From assembly GCA_030141605.1 (NCBI GenBank), contig JAQGDQ010000590.1, positions 62,001 to 126,000 of the forward strand: a stretch of DNA of 64,000 bases, in the 5' to 3' direction. The translations under genes were made by a program, and so were the position numbers. This DNA comes from Tubiluchus corallicola. Taxonomy: Eukaryota; Animalia; Priapulida. Shown here piece after piece: positions 48,763-61,559 of the stretch (positions are counted from its first letter, which is position 1; the number at the start of each line of letters is the position of its first letter). The notes under the pieces are model-generated. The model saw nothing but the letters and a program-made list of their open reading frames with translations, did no database searches and was not told the DNA's origin.

Positions 48763-50040
48763 TTATCTAAGCAGCACATTAACTTTTATGCGAAATTTTC
48801 CATCATTAATAAACCCGGAAGCAGGGTCAATGGCGGTTCTGAACTGTGCAATTTTTCTTGCTGTCCAGGCCCCCTTTTTATCTACATTTAAGACAGTTTT
48901 GAGTGACCTTTGTGGATTATTGTTAATCACTTCAATGTAACTGTTCTTACACATGCTACGCAAAGTAGAAGACCAAGAGGGATCAACTAATAAATTCAAG
49001 CAACAGCCTTCACCACGGTTATCTCCAGCATTGGAGCAGTTTGTTTTGTTACATCTGAAAAGACGAATGACAAGCTTATCAGCATTACCAATGATAGCAA
49101 ACTTTTCTATATAACCTCCTCTTATTTTTAAATTATCAATTTTCTCAACAGGTTCAGCACACATGACTGACACGACTTCTGCGTAGTTTCTCTGCGTTTT
49201 TGGAAATATTGATTCTGATGCCACTTTTTGATGATGATTGATAAAAACATTTGCTTGCTCCTTGTCATTTAATATTCCAGTTGCTACCGGTCCTTTGATG
49301 AATAACTCTGGATCCATTGTGGGAAGTCTGATCTGCAACAAAATGTCGCCCAAGACTGTTCTTTTGTTGAACACATTTTGCTCTAGTGTCTTTCGCTTAC
49401 ATTCAGCATCAGCCCATTTTAAAACTGCATCAAATAGTTTGCCCTCTTCACTAATTTTCAGTTCATCAAGTTTGACAATCCTCAATAAGCTGTCATAGCT
49501 CAAGGAAGTAAAACTGTCGGACTTTATAACTTCTTCTGTCTCGACACTAATGACCTCCAAACACTTTATCTCTACATCTGGCCTTTCATGGAAACATGCA
49601 GCTGTCAGAATGGTGCAGACATTGTCAGTTGTGATTTCAGATTTAAGGAAATCAACAGCCATTTTTTCAAGTCCACGAATGTTGTACTTTTTAGCTAAGT
49701 AAAGTACCGAAAGAACATTGTCACCAGTTAATTCAGCTTTGTCAGTATAAATAAACCTCAAAAGCAGCAGAAACACGTCAGGTTCAACATCGGTTATTGG
49801 TATGACGTCACCAGGTTTATGACACAGCGGCCCAAACAGCATCCTCTTAAAAACGTCACTCCGAAGTGCAAGTATGGAACGACTAGCGTTGATGACAGTT
49901 TCACCAATTGAAAAAGTTACATCACATAATTCCTGAAAATCTTCGTTACCAAAAACATAATCGTATCTCTCGTTCCAGTCGTCCATCGCATCAACCCTTT
50001 CAGCTGGAGTTTGCGGCTCGTCTAATAATGAAGTTGCCAT
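48763..50040 (-). CDS. Intronless BTB/POZ-BACK protein (BTBD1/2/3/6-like N-terminal part) with a divergent MATH-like C-terminus, 425 aa
   Basis: BTB: CDVTFSIG...ILALRSDVFKRMLFGP...ITDVEPDVFLLLLRFIYTD...LYLAKKY. BACK: LFDAVLKWADAEC...LLQIRLPTM. The tail IDPASGFINDGKFRIKVNV resembles the last strand of MATH/TRAF domains. Confidence 0.9.
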   Translation of the reverse strand: MATSLLDEPQTPAERVDAMDDWNERYDYVFGNEDFQELCDVTFSIGETVINASRSILALRSDVFKRMLFGPLCHKPGDVIPITDVEPDVFLLLLRFIYTDKAELTGDNVLSVLYLAKKYNIRGLEKMAVDFLKSEITTDNVCTILTAACFHERPDVEIKCLEVISVETEEVIKSDSFTSLSYDSLLRIVKLDELKISEEGKLFDAVLKWADAECKRKTLEQNVFNKRTVLGDILLQIRLPTMDPELFIKGPVATGILNDKEQANVFINHHQKVASESIFPKTQRNYAEVVSVMCAEPVEKIDNLKIRGGYIEKFAIIGNADKLVIRLFRCNKTNCSNAGDNRGEGCCLNLLVDPSWSSTLRSMCKNSYIEVINNNPQRSLKTVLNVDKKGAWTARKIAQFRTAIDPASGFINDGKFRIKVNVLLR

Positions 50041-50521
50041 TTCTTTTGTTAATGGAATATTCTGACCTCTCTGCTGATCGAGAACTTGTTTAAATAGCTG
50101 GTGTAACTACAGATGTTTGACGAACGAAATTTACTGAATTATTTTAGTTGTACATTCACCATGACTGACTCAACAACTGGTAGACAAAGTTAGCATGCCG
50201 CAATAGTTCACTGCATTTTCTTGCAGCGGTAAAGGTAGCAACGTTTGGAGGAAAAAAATAGCTTCCAGTGTGTTTAGCAGTTGCAAGAAAAAGCGTCTAA
50301 TGCAACAGCAATGCCTGCACGCATAATCTGATTTTTAAGTTGCTTAATTTTGAAGTTGAATCGCCACAAAACGCATCACAACTGCAGCTGAAAGACAGAT
50401 GCACCCCCACGTCGCAATAGACTCTTCCACTTGTTTTTGCATAACGTAGGCTGGTTAGTGTTTCATCCAGGCAATATTTCCATTTTACTAAGTTCAACAA
50501 ATTCCGTTAATAAAGCTGATA

Positions 50522-51617
50522 TTATAAATTTGTCTCGCCTTGAAAACACCTTCTTTTTTGAGTAGTTTTACTGCGATGACGAAAATGCTCTACTGTGTAA
50601 TGAGGAGCCCTATGAAAGTTTGAAAGAGTAGTCCTCGTGGATATGAATTTTTTACCAAAAGGGTTTGCACAGCATTGACAGCGGCAAAGTGAAGTACAAC
50701 CACTCTGGGATTTCGGGCATGGGCACCGGCACTTGTAGGATATAGATGATGCACAACGTGGCTTCCTTTCAGCTAGACTGGATGCTGATAATTTCCCGCA
50801 AGTGCACTTTGTGAAACGTTTTCGTTTTTCTTCTTTGCTACTTAAATCCGTAGTGACGGTGGCAGATTGTCCTCTCCTTACCACGGCATCGTAATGTCCT
50901 GCACCACGACTATCATATGCGAGTAATGCTGCTATGATTGGAGACATATCATTTTCATTCCGTCTGTTGAGTTCGTGGGTGAATATAGTGAGATAAAAAG
51001 GCCGGTAATGTTGATCATTAATTGCCAATTCGTCAACTGTCAAGTGCCGTAATCTTTCAGCTATTTCTTCAGAGTCACAAATCTTGTTATGTCTAGCCGA
51101 TCTAGATAGGATATAACAGAAATCGCTTGTGGATTGCGATCTATAAAAGTTTGCAAAACTACTGCAACAGCTAAAAACATACAATTTCCATCGCCGTTTA
51201 CTGTGATTCTTAAATAATCTAAATTTCTTAGGAACTCATCGAGACTACGTGGGCCGGGCCTTCTGTAGTTAAAGCTGTAGTTTCACTTGTTTTCAGATTG
51301 CTATTGTTACCTGGGAAGTGAACGATGTTTTTAAGAAGACATCAAAGGGCGTTAGATATTCTTGTATGCGGAGTAGTATTCTTTCTTTGTTTGTCATGTG
51401 AATCCGAAACAACTATTGAAATAAAATTTTCTGAGAGTGAAAAGTCAAAGCTTAATGTTAGTTCTGGGAATGGTAAAGTTTTTGCAGATTCCATGAGGCA
51501 TGGTTGCTGTATATGTGGCGAGAAGCCAATTTGGTACAAATTTAGATCTCCTGGTGCAAGCTGTTTTTCAGACAGTGCGATCTCAGAGGGTTTTTTGGGA
51601 TAGTTACGTGAGAACAT
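50522..51617 (-). pseudogene. Disrupted OTU-like cysteine protease plus Cys-rich CXC-like domain remnant, probably transposon-derived
   Basis: One frame gives RITVNGDGNCMFLAVA (51195-51181 encodes GDGNC). After a frameshift a second frame gives ERLRHLTVDEL...LAYDSRGAGHYDAV and then CTCG...C...CRCPC.K...CTSLCRCQCCANPFG. Confidence 0.7.
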
Positions 51618-52789
51618 ACTTGAAGAAAAATTTGGCTACTAACCTAGCAACAAAAAACAACCAGGCGTACAGCCTATAAATATGTAGGAAAGTCCAGGAA
51701 TTGTGTGTGCTTAGCCACTGTATAGACGTGCTCTGTTTCCGCACGTATACAAAGAAAGAACTATAGCACGTGAAGGTAGTGCTGTTTGTTTCACAGCCCA
51801 ACAGAGTACGCTCCTGCAACACCGTGTTTAGCTGCTGTACACATGTCAAAGCCCAGGTAGAGAAAGTATTATCGCTCACACAGTTTGTTTTCAGTCGTCA
51901 CGTGTTTACCGTGAATGAATCAAACTTGAACTGCGACACTTATGGTAAAAACTTTCGTATGTTTGTTTGATTAAAATTACAACTGACCCCTACTAAACTT
52001 TGCCACGAGCCGCCACTGAGTCAGGACGCATAGAAGCACCATGGCATGCCCGTACCTCTATTTGAGGGACAGAGAGAAAGAGAAGAGAAAAAATATTTCT
52101 GTAATCACTAGACACTTCATACGATTGCGTCATTTATATCTGTAATCACATTTTTTTGTTTAATGTAATTCTTTTTGTATAATGTAAATTTTACGTTATT
52201 ATATTACCTCATTTTCAATCTCGCACATTTTTTAATAATGACGTCATCTATAAGCTAATAACTTTTATTAAGTATTTTAACATTTTTTGGCCCACCTGTA
52301 TACAGATACATTTGATGTTTGATCTTTTTCACTATGTTACGTATAATTTGTTTATCATTAGGCCTACTTTGTTTTTCTCACGCATTTGTAAATATTTTAT
52401 TGGTTTCGATATTCCACTGATGTATTGTTTTCAATTCGTTTGCTTACTTTTTCTTATTTGTATTTAATCAGTTGAATAGTGCATTGCATTAATTTCATTT
52501 TCATTTATTTAATCACGATTTTTTGAGTTGTCACTTTTGCATTTGTTGTTTTTTCATTGTGTACTTGAGTTTTTGTTAATAAACTATTGTTATATTTGAA
52601 AATAATCAGCGTGTTGCAATAGTTTCTTCACGACAGGCAACTATATAATATATAATTTATTTAATATAATATTTTAATATATAATCTAAAATAAATAGAG
52701 CTGGACCACTACTGAAAAAAAGAAAGATCTTAAATTACCATTGGCAATAAATAGAGCTCGAGAATACAGTTTCTATACGCGGAAACATG

Positions 52790-53290
52790 TTAAACTGTAC
52801 TTTACTCTCATAAATTGAAATTAATGTAATCTATTAAAGCTGAGTGTCTTTAACTAGCGCTAGATGGCGAAAGTGACAATGTAGTACCAAATTTGAAAAG
52901 GCAAACGAATTAGCAAAAAACTGTGCTGTGTCAACTGTACTTTACTCATAAATTGAAGTTAATGTAAACTATTAAATATGAAAGTGTCTCTAACTAACGC
53001 TAGATGGCGAAAGTGACAATGTAGAACCAATTCTGAAAAGGTAAACAAATTAGCAAAAAACTGTACTGTGTCAACTGTACTTTACTCTCATTAATTGAAA
53101 TTAATGTAAACTATTAAATATGAAAGTGTCTCTAACTAACGCTAGATGGCGAAAGTGACAATGTAGAATCAAATATAAGAAGGCAAACAGGGAGAGGGAA
53201 AAATCAATGTTAAAAAAGAACTTTGCTGTGTACTATACTCTACTCTCATAAATTGAAATTAATGAAAACTACTAAAAATAAAAGAGTCTC
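52790..53290. repeat. ~140-bp tandem repeat (about 3.5 copies), each full copy with a CTCF-like core
   Basis: 'cgctagatggcgaaagtgacaatgtag' occurs three times. Confidence 0.8.
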
Positions 53291-53452
53291 TAATAATTTA
53301 ATAATCCAATGTTCAAAACCACTTTTCCATTGCCAGATATCTGAATTCCGGAATCCTGGGATGTAAAGCCTGCTTGCAAAATGTAAGTGGCGGGAAATGA
53401 CTACGTCGCAGAAACAACAAATGCCATCGGAGGTGCACACCTAGGATCATCG

Positions 53453-53492
<40 letters not shown>

Positions 53493-56400
53493 TATAGTCA
53501 CTATTATCATTTTTATTATTAAATCATACAAGCAGGTTCCTACACATCAGAACTAATGCACTTCTATAATAACCTAGTGTCTTTCACACACTCTGTCTCG
53601 GATTATTTCTCCCATTTTTCACATCATGCAGAGCTCTTCGTTAATGAATTCCTGTCTCCAATGTTTACCTATGTGACTTAAATAATCTTTTTTAATATTT
53701 TTGTGCTATTGGGTAAGTGATTCGTGTTTTTAAACCATTAACTGCATCCCTTATTTCACATCTCCCGAACTCAATCCCCCGATCGGGATCCTGGTGATGA
53801 ACTGTTGCTTGTAAATTGCGCAACTCTTCTCCAACAAACATAAAAACCAACCCGATTTACATCCGAGAGGAAGGGAATCAGTCATGATCTGTGGAGAGAT
53901 TCCTTGCATCTTCCAAATTCCCCTATCAATAACGGTTGCCGAGCATTCCAGGCAGTTCTGCGTTTGCCAGAATCCAGGAAAGGATTTCATACTAACATTA
54001 TTGATTTCTTCTCTCTCACACGATGCCTCTCTGGCTGGAATACCAGGCTTCTCTTTTTGGGCGAGAGCGCTGTTATATAATTTAGTGTGATGCATTATAA
54101 TCTGCGTTCGATCTTATTAATTACTGTATGTCTGTGATTTCTGTATGAAGCAAGTTTTTATAGCATTGTTGACTGTCTAGGCAATTTGTGTGATGTACAT
54201 CTACAGTGCCTCTGCAGCATTGTTCAGCTGCATTGTGATACTGTGCTTGTTTTAACCTGTAAAGTATTGCGATCATTGAAAACAGTGCTAGTTGATGCAT
54301 TAATGCTCAATTTGACAAGCTTATTAATACATTAATATGCTATGTAGGCCAATTAATAATGCAAAGTCATAAGTCATTTATTTCACATTACACATTCACA
54401 ATAGTTTCATGTACAATATCTAGTGAAAGGGCCAACAATGAACATAATACAAATAAGTTTTATTATTTCTGCACAGAAAAAGCCTCACACACTGTTCACC
54501 TATATACAAATGTAAATGTGTTGCGGGCAATCAAAAAGCCGGGCTTGTTAGATTGTCCCACACAGTGAAAGAAAAAAAGTAATGAAAATAATCTGAGTAA
54601 GTACTTATTAACCGCCCGACAATGTATCATTTTACCATTCTGTGGTCATTAGTGATATTTCAATCGCAAGCTAATTATTTCTTGGTTCGATTCCAAAAAG
54701 AAAAACGGATTAATCGTATTTTTCATAATTTTAACTAATGTGACGTCATCTCGTGCGAGATGTTGGAACTTCGCCCCCTATTGGAAGTTTGCCTTTTCCA
54801 GATAAAGTGAATCGGTTATATGTATTGTGATGCCGTCTATGATAGCGAGCATGCATAATTAACTAAGGAAAATTATAAAAAAAAAAGAAAAGAAAGAAAA
54901 ACAGTAAAATGAAACCTTAGCAACAGTTTATAGCAGTTGTTACACTTATTTCGCTGGTAGTCAGCTTAGACCTAATAGGCGCAAATCAATTTTATAGGAG
55001 TCTAGTGATATTCATTGTTACTTAGAAATAGCGCACATTTCATTATAGGACTAATAGCTTTAGAGCCTACTTACTGTAGAGCAAAACAAAAATCGTAACA
55101 AAATAATGTTCAAGCTGCAGTTTGAGTTTTTGATAGAAATTGTGTACCTGTCGTGTTATATAAATATTTAGAATTTTTCATATTATTATAATACATTGAA
55201 TAACATGTGCACAATAATTGGTTTGTTTATGTGTAGTTTTCACTTTTTTGAGTCTGTTGGTGACAATTTCAAGGTCAGCTGAGTCTGTTGGTGACAATTT
55301 GAAGGTCAGCTGAGTCTGTTGGTGACAATTTCAAAGCCAGTACAGAATTTTGGTTACAATCTCAAGCAAATTATGTATCAGTTTCTTATAATCCAGCGAT
55401 AGTTACACACTGTACTAAGTTGCATTACATTTCAGTCTTATTTTTATACAATGTCATTTCACGAGAAAATGTTGTTCAAATTGTATTGAACCGAGCAACA
55501 TTGCTTAAAATTTAGTTATCTAGCTTCACAATTATAAGGCAATAAATAAAAAGTGCAACTTTGTTCCAGACTTTCCAGAAGTTGTCGGGAATGTTTGCTT
55601 ATTATTATACATGTAATAGCGGCTTTGCAATAAAAATTCTGTAATTAATGCAGCATTAGTACGGCCAGTTCTGGTACAATAACTGGTTCCATACTGGGCT
55701 AGTGCTGGATTCGTTTAAGCACGTGGCAATTGTTACTGCGTTAAAGACAGTACATTTCTACCTATCAGTAGACGTTAGCGCACAGCGTGTTATCTCAGAC
55801 ATGTGCTCATGGACGCATGCGCACAACAGCCAAACACCACGTTGCTTGGGCTGTGAAGCAAATTGTACTTCCCTCACGTGCTCCGGTTCCTCGCACGGAT
55901 AAAAAAGAACTAAAGAAAAAAGACTTATTATGTTGAATAAAATCGATAATCATGAGTGAAAACAGGGGGCACTGCAGTACCACAGTACCTATACACGAAC
56001 CGCCACTGGTTGGTTCACAAAATGTTAGTTAGCAATGATATCATTCTAGTTAACTCAGAGAGTCAATACATTTTAATGACCATTATTTTATATTGTGACA
56101 ATAATTTCGCATTTAACTTGCTCTAAAACACACTATTAAAAGATGCATTCGTGTCTCTCATGTAGCATGACAACACCGGCTGCTTAGCAATTATGCACGT
56201 ATTTGCAACAAAGCAATTAATTAACGACTGGCAGTCCTGTGCTAAAACATGGCAACAAGTGTCGCGATTCACTATTACAAGATGTATTCGTGTCTCTCAT
56301 GTACCATGACAATACCAGTTGCTTAGCAATTATGCGCGTATTTACAACAAAGCTATTAATTTATGACTGGCGGTCCTGTGCTAAAATATGGCAACAAGCA

Positions 56401-56526
56401 ATTCTTCATAATTATGAATATTGCATAAGTCTGTCGCTAAGAAGTAAATTAAAATTGTTCATTAGTGTGGCCTATTGGATTTCGTTCTAATAATGCAGTT
56501 TTTAATGATATCTTTTCACACTGCAG

Positions 56527-56717
56527 ATGTTAGTCATGAAATCTGCAGGGCGTCGTTTACGCCCAGTAAAATTGATTCATATTTTTGTGTTTTTATTAGT
56601 AATTAAGTTTGCAAACTTACGAAAATGTTTCAATGAGCCGATGTCGAAAGGCAAAACGTTCGTTATTCCAGATAAGCGCGTTAACCTTCCTACAGCAGCT
56701 GTGGTCAAGCCTGTCAG
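56527..56717 (+). CDS. Putative upstream exon of the discoidin-domain gene
   Basis: ttttcacactgcag|ATG...ag|gtgaga; open frame with hydrophobic LIHIFVFLLVIKFA; phase 2 is compatible with a candidate exon at 58034. Confidence 0.3.
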
Positions 56718-57373
56718 GTGAGAGCAAAACTAAAAAAGTTTCGTTTTTAAAGAAATCTGATCTCTCTTGAGTAAAATGCGTGTATGAATTGAGATAATAA
56801 CATTTTGCTTTGACAAAAACTTACAAGAACTGGACATTGAAGTTTAAAATATTCTTAATTCGTAGGCCGTTTTGGTGTTTTTGTGTATAAAAGCTCGCTT
56901 TAAAAGCACCAAGGTATATAAAACAAAACAGCAGTATTATTAATTACAAAATAGTTGTGAAAGCTTTTTTATTTAAAACCGTTTAGCGTCTACCTAACTC
57001 CTTCAGGAGCGTAAGCGTTTTCTACATTTTGCATCGGTTCATGAAAAATGGCTCTCACAAAACAGCGATTACATTATATTTGATAATTTTTGTACGTTTC
57101 TACTCCTTATACAACGCAAAAGACTTTAATGCAAAATTTTATATGAAATCCATTTGCTTATATTGAAGAAATTAAAAAATCGATTTTTGGCGAAAAAAAT
57201 GAGAAATGCTTTCAGTAACTGCAGTGTTTGCACTGTAACAATGTACAGTATCACTTGTGTGAAATTGGCTAATGCAGAAAATTTCAACTATCGAGACACA
57301 ACACTCTGATACACTTTGGCCTCAATCTGTCTATATCTAATCTAATCTATATTTAAGGAGAAATTCCTCTTAA

Positions 57374-57950
57374 AGGACAAGATAAGGGGTACCTGAAGTA
57401 GGTTTCGGAAGAATCGCCTTAAAAAAATATGTTACTGTACAGCAATTTTATGCGTACGTCGTACTCGCGTTAAAATAATTTTTTGTTTGTTTTCATATTA
57501 AATCTCTCGCAATACTGTTCTGACGGCGCCATTACATGACGTCACTATGCACACCATAAATCAGGGGAAAAAGGAAATGTTAAAGTATGTCCCAAAAAAC
57601 TTTCCATGCAAACCTGAATTACTTAGCTTTTCGCTTACCTGCTAGAAAGACTTATGCAACCAGAAAAGAAAATTATTAATTATTTAAAATGTTTTCACCA
57701 ATTGGTAAAATGTCGTTGACTCAGTCTCCAGGGTGCACCACTCACTAACCAAAAACTTACTTTTAATCTTATTGACAAGATACAGTAATTAAAATTTTAT
57801 TTAGTTAGTGACGTGTGTGCTACGAATGCTCTTATTATTTTTTCAAACTTCACACAATGTTATCTGAACCTGATTCAAATGACCTGTCGTCAAAATGGCT
57901 GCGTCTAACGGTCATCACGCGAGTTTACATTTACGTGTTTTATAGGCAGT
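57374..57950 (+). mobile_element. Dispersed element family C (starts ttaa|aggacaag)
   Basis: Colinear with 63451-64000 (+) and 32080-32630 (-); fragments near 12600-12960, 19720-20130 and 40270-40580. Confidence 0.6.
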
Positions 57951-58033
57951 ATGTAAGTTATATAAAATTTCAAGCTTTGTGTTTATGAAGGGTTTTTTGT
58001 GATGAGATGAAACGACCTCATTTTCTCTTTTAG

Positions 58034-58115
58034 CTTATCGGTTAGCTTTTCCTGGAACTCTGTACAGCAGAGGGTCTTCTTGGGCTCTAGTAAGCAGCGG
58101 ATTACTAAATTAGTA
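58034..58115 (+). CDS. Putative small exon of the discoidin-domain gene
   Basis: Strong acceptor ttttctcttttag; possible donors gtaagc (58090) and gtatgt (58116); the reading frame is ambiguous, but either option can join 62494 in phase 0. Confidence 0.35.
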
Positions 58116-58448
58116 GTATGTACGATCATGCCATTGTACACCAGACTAAGCTATTCAACAGACTAAGTTGGAATGCCTGAAAGGGGCAAGATTGTCTTAA
58201 TTTTATCCAATTAAACCACTTATAAATGTTTAAACAAATAGCATGATAGGATACGTGATATAATAACATAGAAACATAATAACAAATGCTGAAAATAACA
58301 TAGATGATGTTTTAACAAGGTAGGGTAGACGTCACAAACACTGTAGCTCGTCCGACATTAGTCTGTGTATGACTGTTGCCCTAATTGTTTTTAGAATCAT
58401 AGTTTTTGCTTAATAAGCCTTTGCACGATTTCGTTGTGCGCACACGCA

Positions 58449-58810
58449 GTTGCTGTGGGTCAAAGGTTAAGTGTACCACAGCAACACGTCTTAACTACAG
58501 TAGTCACGTGACATGTGTGTAAAACTAAGCCTTCTACCGCATCATTACAGTAACTTCAGTTGTTTCACGTGGACTTTGTTTAAATGTGGATTAGCCTTTA
58601 TGTAGAGAGATTTACTAGCAGGATCTTGATTGGGAACAAGGAAAATAAACTAGGTAAAATTCTAGCTAGCTGTTTAGTCTGTTAGTATTACAATAGCATG
58701 GGCTGCGAGGCGTTGTCAAGTGTACACGAATGCGTTGTCTGGTTCAGTTAATCTTTGACCTTTCAACGATCATCATTAATCGCTTCAACTGTGAAAAGGC
58801 TTATTAATTT
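58449..58810. mobile_element. MITE-like element with GGTCAAAGGTTAA-type inverted ends
   Basis: ggtcaaaggttaagtg...gttaatctttgacc; reverse-complement copy at about 27420-27865. Confidence 0.5.
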
Positions 58811-59339
58811 GGGTAATCTTGTTTACTCATGTGTACTTCGCCTACTTTTATCTTATCGTTGTTATCTGGAAAAAGTTCTAGCCCCCGTCATTTCAAAATT
58901 GATGATTGTTGAATATCAGAAAGTACTGCATCGTACACTTGCCATACTATATAACTCATTCTGCAATGACGATAACGATTGATGATTGTTCAATATCAAA
59001 AAGTACTGCATCGTACACTTGCCATACTATATAACTCTCATTCTACAATGACGATAACGATTGATGAAACTTCCTCCTTTGAATTTTTAATAGCTAAGAG
59101 AACGTTTAAACTCTTGGCATGTGTAAATCGGTCAACAAGTACTGTCTTAAAAATACTGTCACTTGTAAACATGTATTCTACTTGTACAACCCTAGGAGCG
59201 AATAGGACATTTATCGCGCAAAATATTTGCAATTTTAATAACTCTACTCTTAATAATCGTGATATATTTGCTTACGAGTTGTGCTTACTTACTGAAGGGA
59301 AAACCACCTTAGCGTATGTAGAAATTCCTCAGATTATAA

Positions 59340-59897
59340 AATCAGTTATTATTTTCAGCACACAAGGATTGTCATACCATCTGAAGTGTATAAAATCAAT
59401 CTTTATTTTCAGCACACAAGGATTGCCATGCCATCTGAAGTGTATAAAATCCATCATTATTTTCAGCAATTAAGGATTGTCACGCCATCTGAAGTGTATA
59501 AAATCAATCATTATTTTCAGCACACAAAGATTGTCATACCATCTGAAGTGTATAAAATCAATCTTTATTTTCAGCACACAAGGATTGTCATGCCATCTGA
59601 AGTGTATAACATCCGTTATTATTTTCAGCAATCAAGGATTGTCACGCCATCTGAAGTGTATAAAATTTATCATTATTTTCAGCACACAAGGATTGTCACG
59701 CCATCTGAAGTGTATAAAATTCATCATTATTTTCAGCAATCAAGGGTTGTCACGCCATCTGAAGTGTATAAAATCCATCATTATTTTCAGCAATCAAGGA
59801 TTGTCATGCCATCTGATGTGTATAAAATCCATCTTTATTTTCAGCAATCAAGGTTTGTCACGCCATCTGAAGTGTATAAAATCAATCATTATTTTCC
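59340..59897. repeat. 54-bp minisatellite, about 10 copies
   Basis: Unit tattttcagcacacaaggattgtcatgccatctgaagtgtataaaatcaatcat. Confidence 0.9.
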
Positions 59898-60449
59898 AGC
59901 AAACTATAATGTGCGTATTCTCTATTGATCAAATTCCTCTCAGCAAACTACAACAGTGACAAGGAAGAATGTCAATATTTTGCTGAGGGCTTCGTTGAAT
60001 CAGAAATAAACACAGACAACGATCCTTTTGTAGATGAAGACGGTTGGGATGTAATTTACTATCATATAGGGGTACGTATAATGCATAACGCAACATCTAA
60101 TTAAGAAACGACTCGAAAAACAAGGAGTTAGTGGGAAGTGAATGGGTACTGTGTAATTAACACAAGGTAAATAGTAAAGCATAAATTCTTATAGTTAGGT
60201 TTTTTGGTTTTGGATTTCTATATTAATATTTTATCAACTATAAACAGTTGCTGGCTGGTTATTGCACGGCCTACTTATTTTATTCATTTAGCTGTTAATT
60301 ATTTGATTAGTGTAATTGTTGTTTTTGGTTTGTTAAACAAAATTTTGTTCATGTTTATTTATTCATTCATTGATTTATATGTCACCTAAAAAGCTCGATC
60401 GGTGTCCCGATGGAACTATAGTAAGCTTAACCCTTGTTTGACGTATTGG

Positions 60450-60915
60450 TCTGTCCGTCGACCTGTTAATGGCTCAGTAACTTAATAGTTTCAACAACAA
60501 AGGATAATCTAGTCTGTTCGTCGACCTGTTAATGACTCAGTAACATAAAAGTTTCAACAACAAAGGATAATTCAGTCTCTCAGTCGACCTGTTAATGACT
60601 CAGTAACATAATAGTTTCAACAACAAGAGATAATCTAGTCTCTCTGTCGACCTGTTAATGACTCAGTAACATAATAGTTTCAATAACAAGGGATAATCTA
60701 GTCCGTTCGTCGACCTGTTAATGACTAAGTAACTTAACAGTTTCAACAACAAAGGATAATCTAGTGTTTCCGTCGACCTGTTAATGACTCAGTAACATAA
60801 AAGTTTCAACAACAAAGGATAATCTAGTCTGTTCGTCGACCTGTTATTGACTCAGTAACTTAATAGTTTCAACAACAAGGGATAATCTATTCTCTCTGTC
60901 GACCTGTTAATGACT
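60450..60915. repeat. 63-bp minisatellite, about 7 copies
   Basis: gtcgacctgttaatgactcagtaac... at 60457, 60520 and onward. Confidence 0.9.
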
Positions 60916-61559
60916 GCTAAGGGCTGACAGCTACGGAGGGGGGGGGGTTCTCACGGTGTTACTCCTTTAGTCATCAAGCATCGATTACGTCTTCGTTCAT
61001 AAATAACAAAAGAGTTAAGCCTAGGTTTAAAATTATATTTTGCCATGATAATTTTAACATATTAGGGTGGGTTATAATACAATGCAAACAGGTAAGAATT
61101 CATAATGTTAGCTACCTCATTAAAATTAAAATTCAGTTTATTTCACCAGCAAACTACAACAAAGCAAATATACATGTACAGCTTCTTGTATAATTGAAAA
61201 CAGCAAAAAAAAATTATGATTCCCTAGAAATACTATATTGAGGTGTTGAAGTTTGCCGCATGATAGCTAAAAGGGGACCTTGTTAGGCTACCATAAAATG
61301 TAAAATAAAGAATGAAGAAGGTAGATGATGAGAAAAGAAGAGCTATGTTGCAGTTAGTAGACAGAAGGAAAGAAGAAGCCAAAAGAAAACATATAATAAA
61401 AAAACAATGACCATGTTCACATTAGCTACAACTGATTTTTGACAAGCAGCCATTGGTGGACGGCCAGGATGAATCACCAGCCAAGTGAATTATTCACTAT
61501 TAGACATAAGACAAAAACAATATTAGAATCTTAGTATTAGTGTTAAATCTAGCTATATA

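Noticed and set aside
55570-55645. YTCNSGF sushi-domain-like peptide after an acceptor
   Set aside because: The frame stops within a few codons and the remaining conserved Cys/Trp residues are absent
59386-59959. Repeat ORFs (PSEVYKIHHYFQ) and repeated tattttcag acceptors
   Set aside because: 54-bp minisatellite; unlike 9532-10119, I could not link it to a convincing downstream exon
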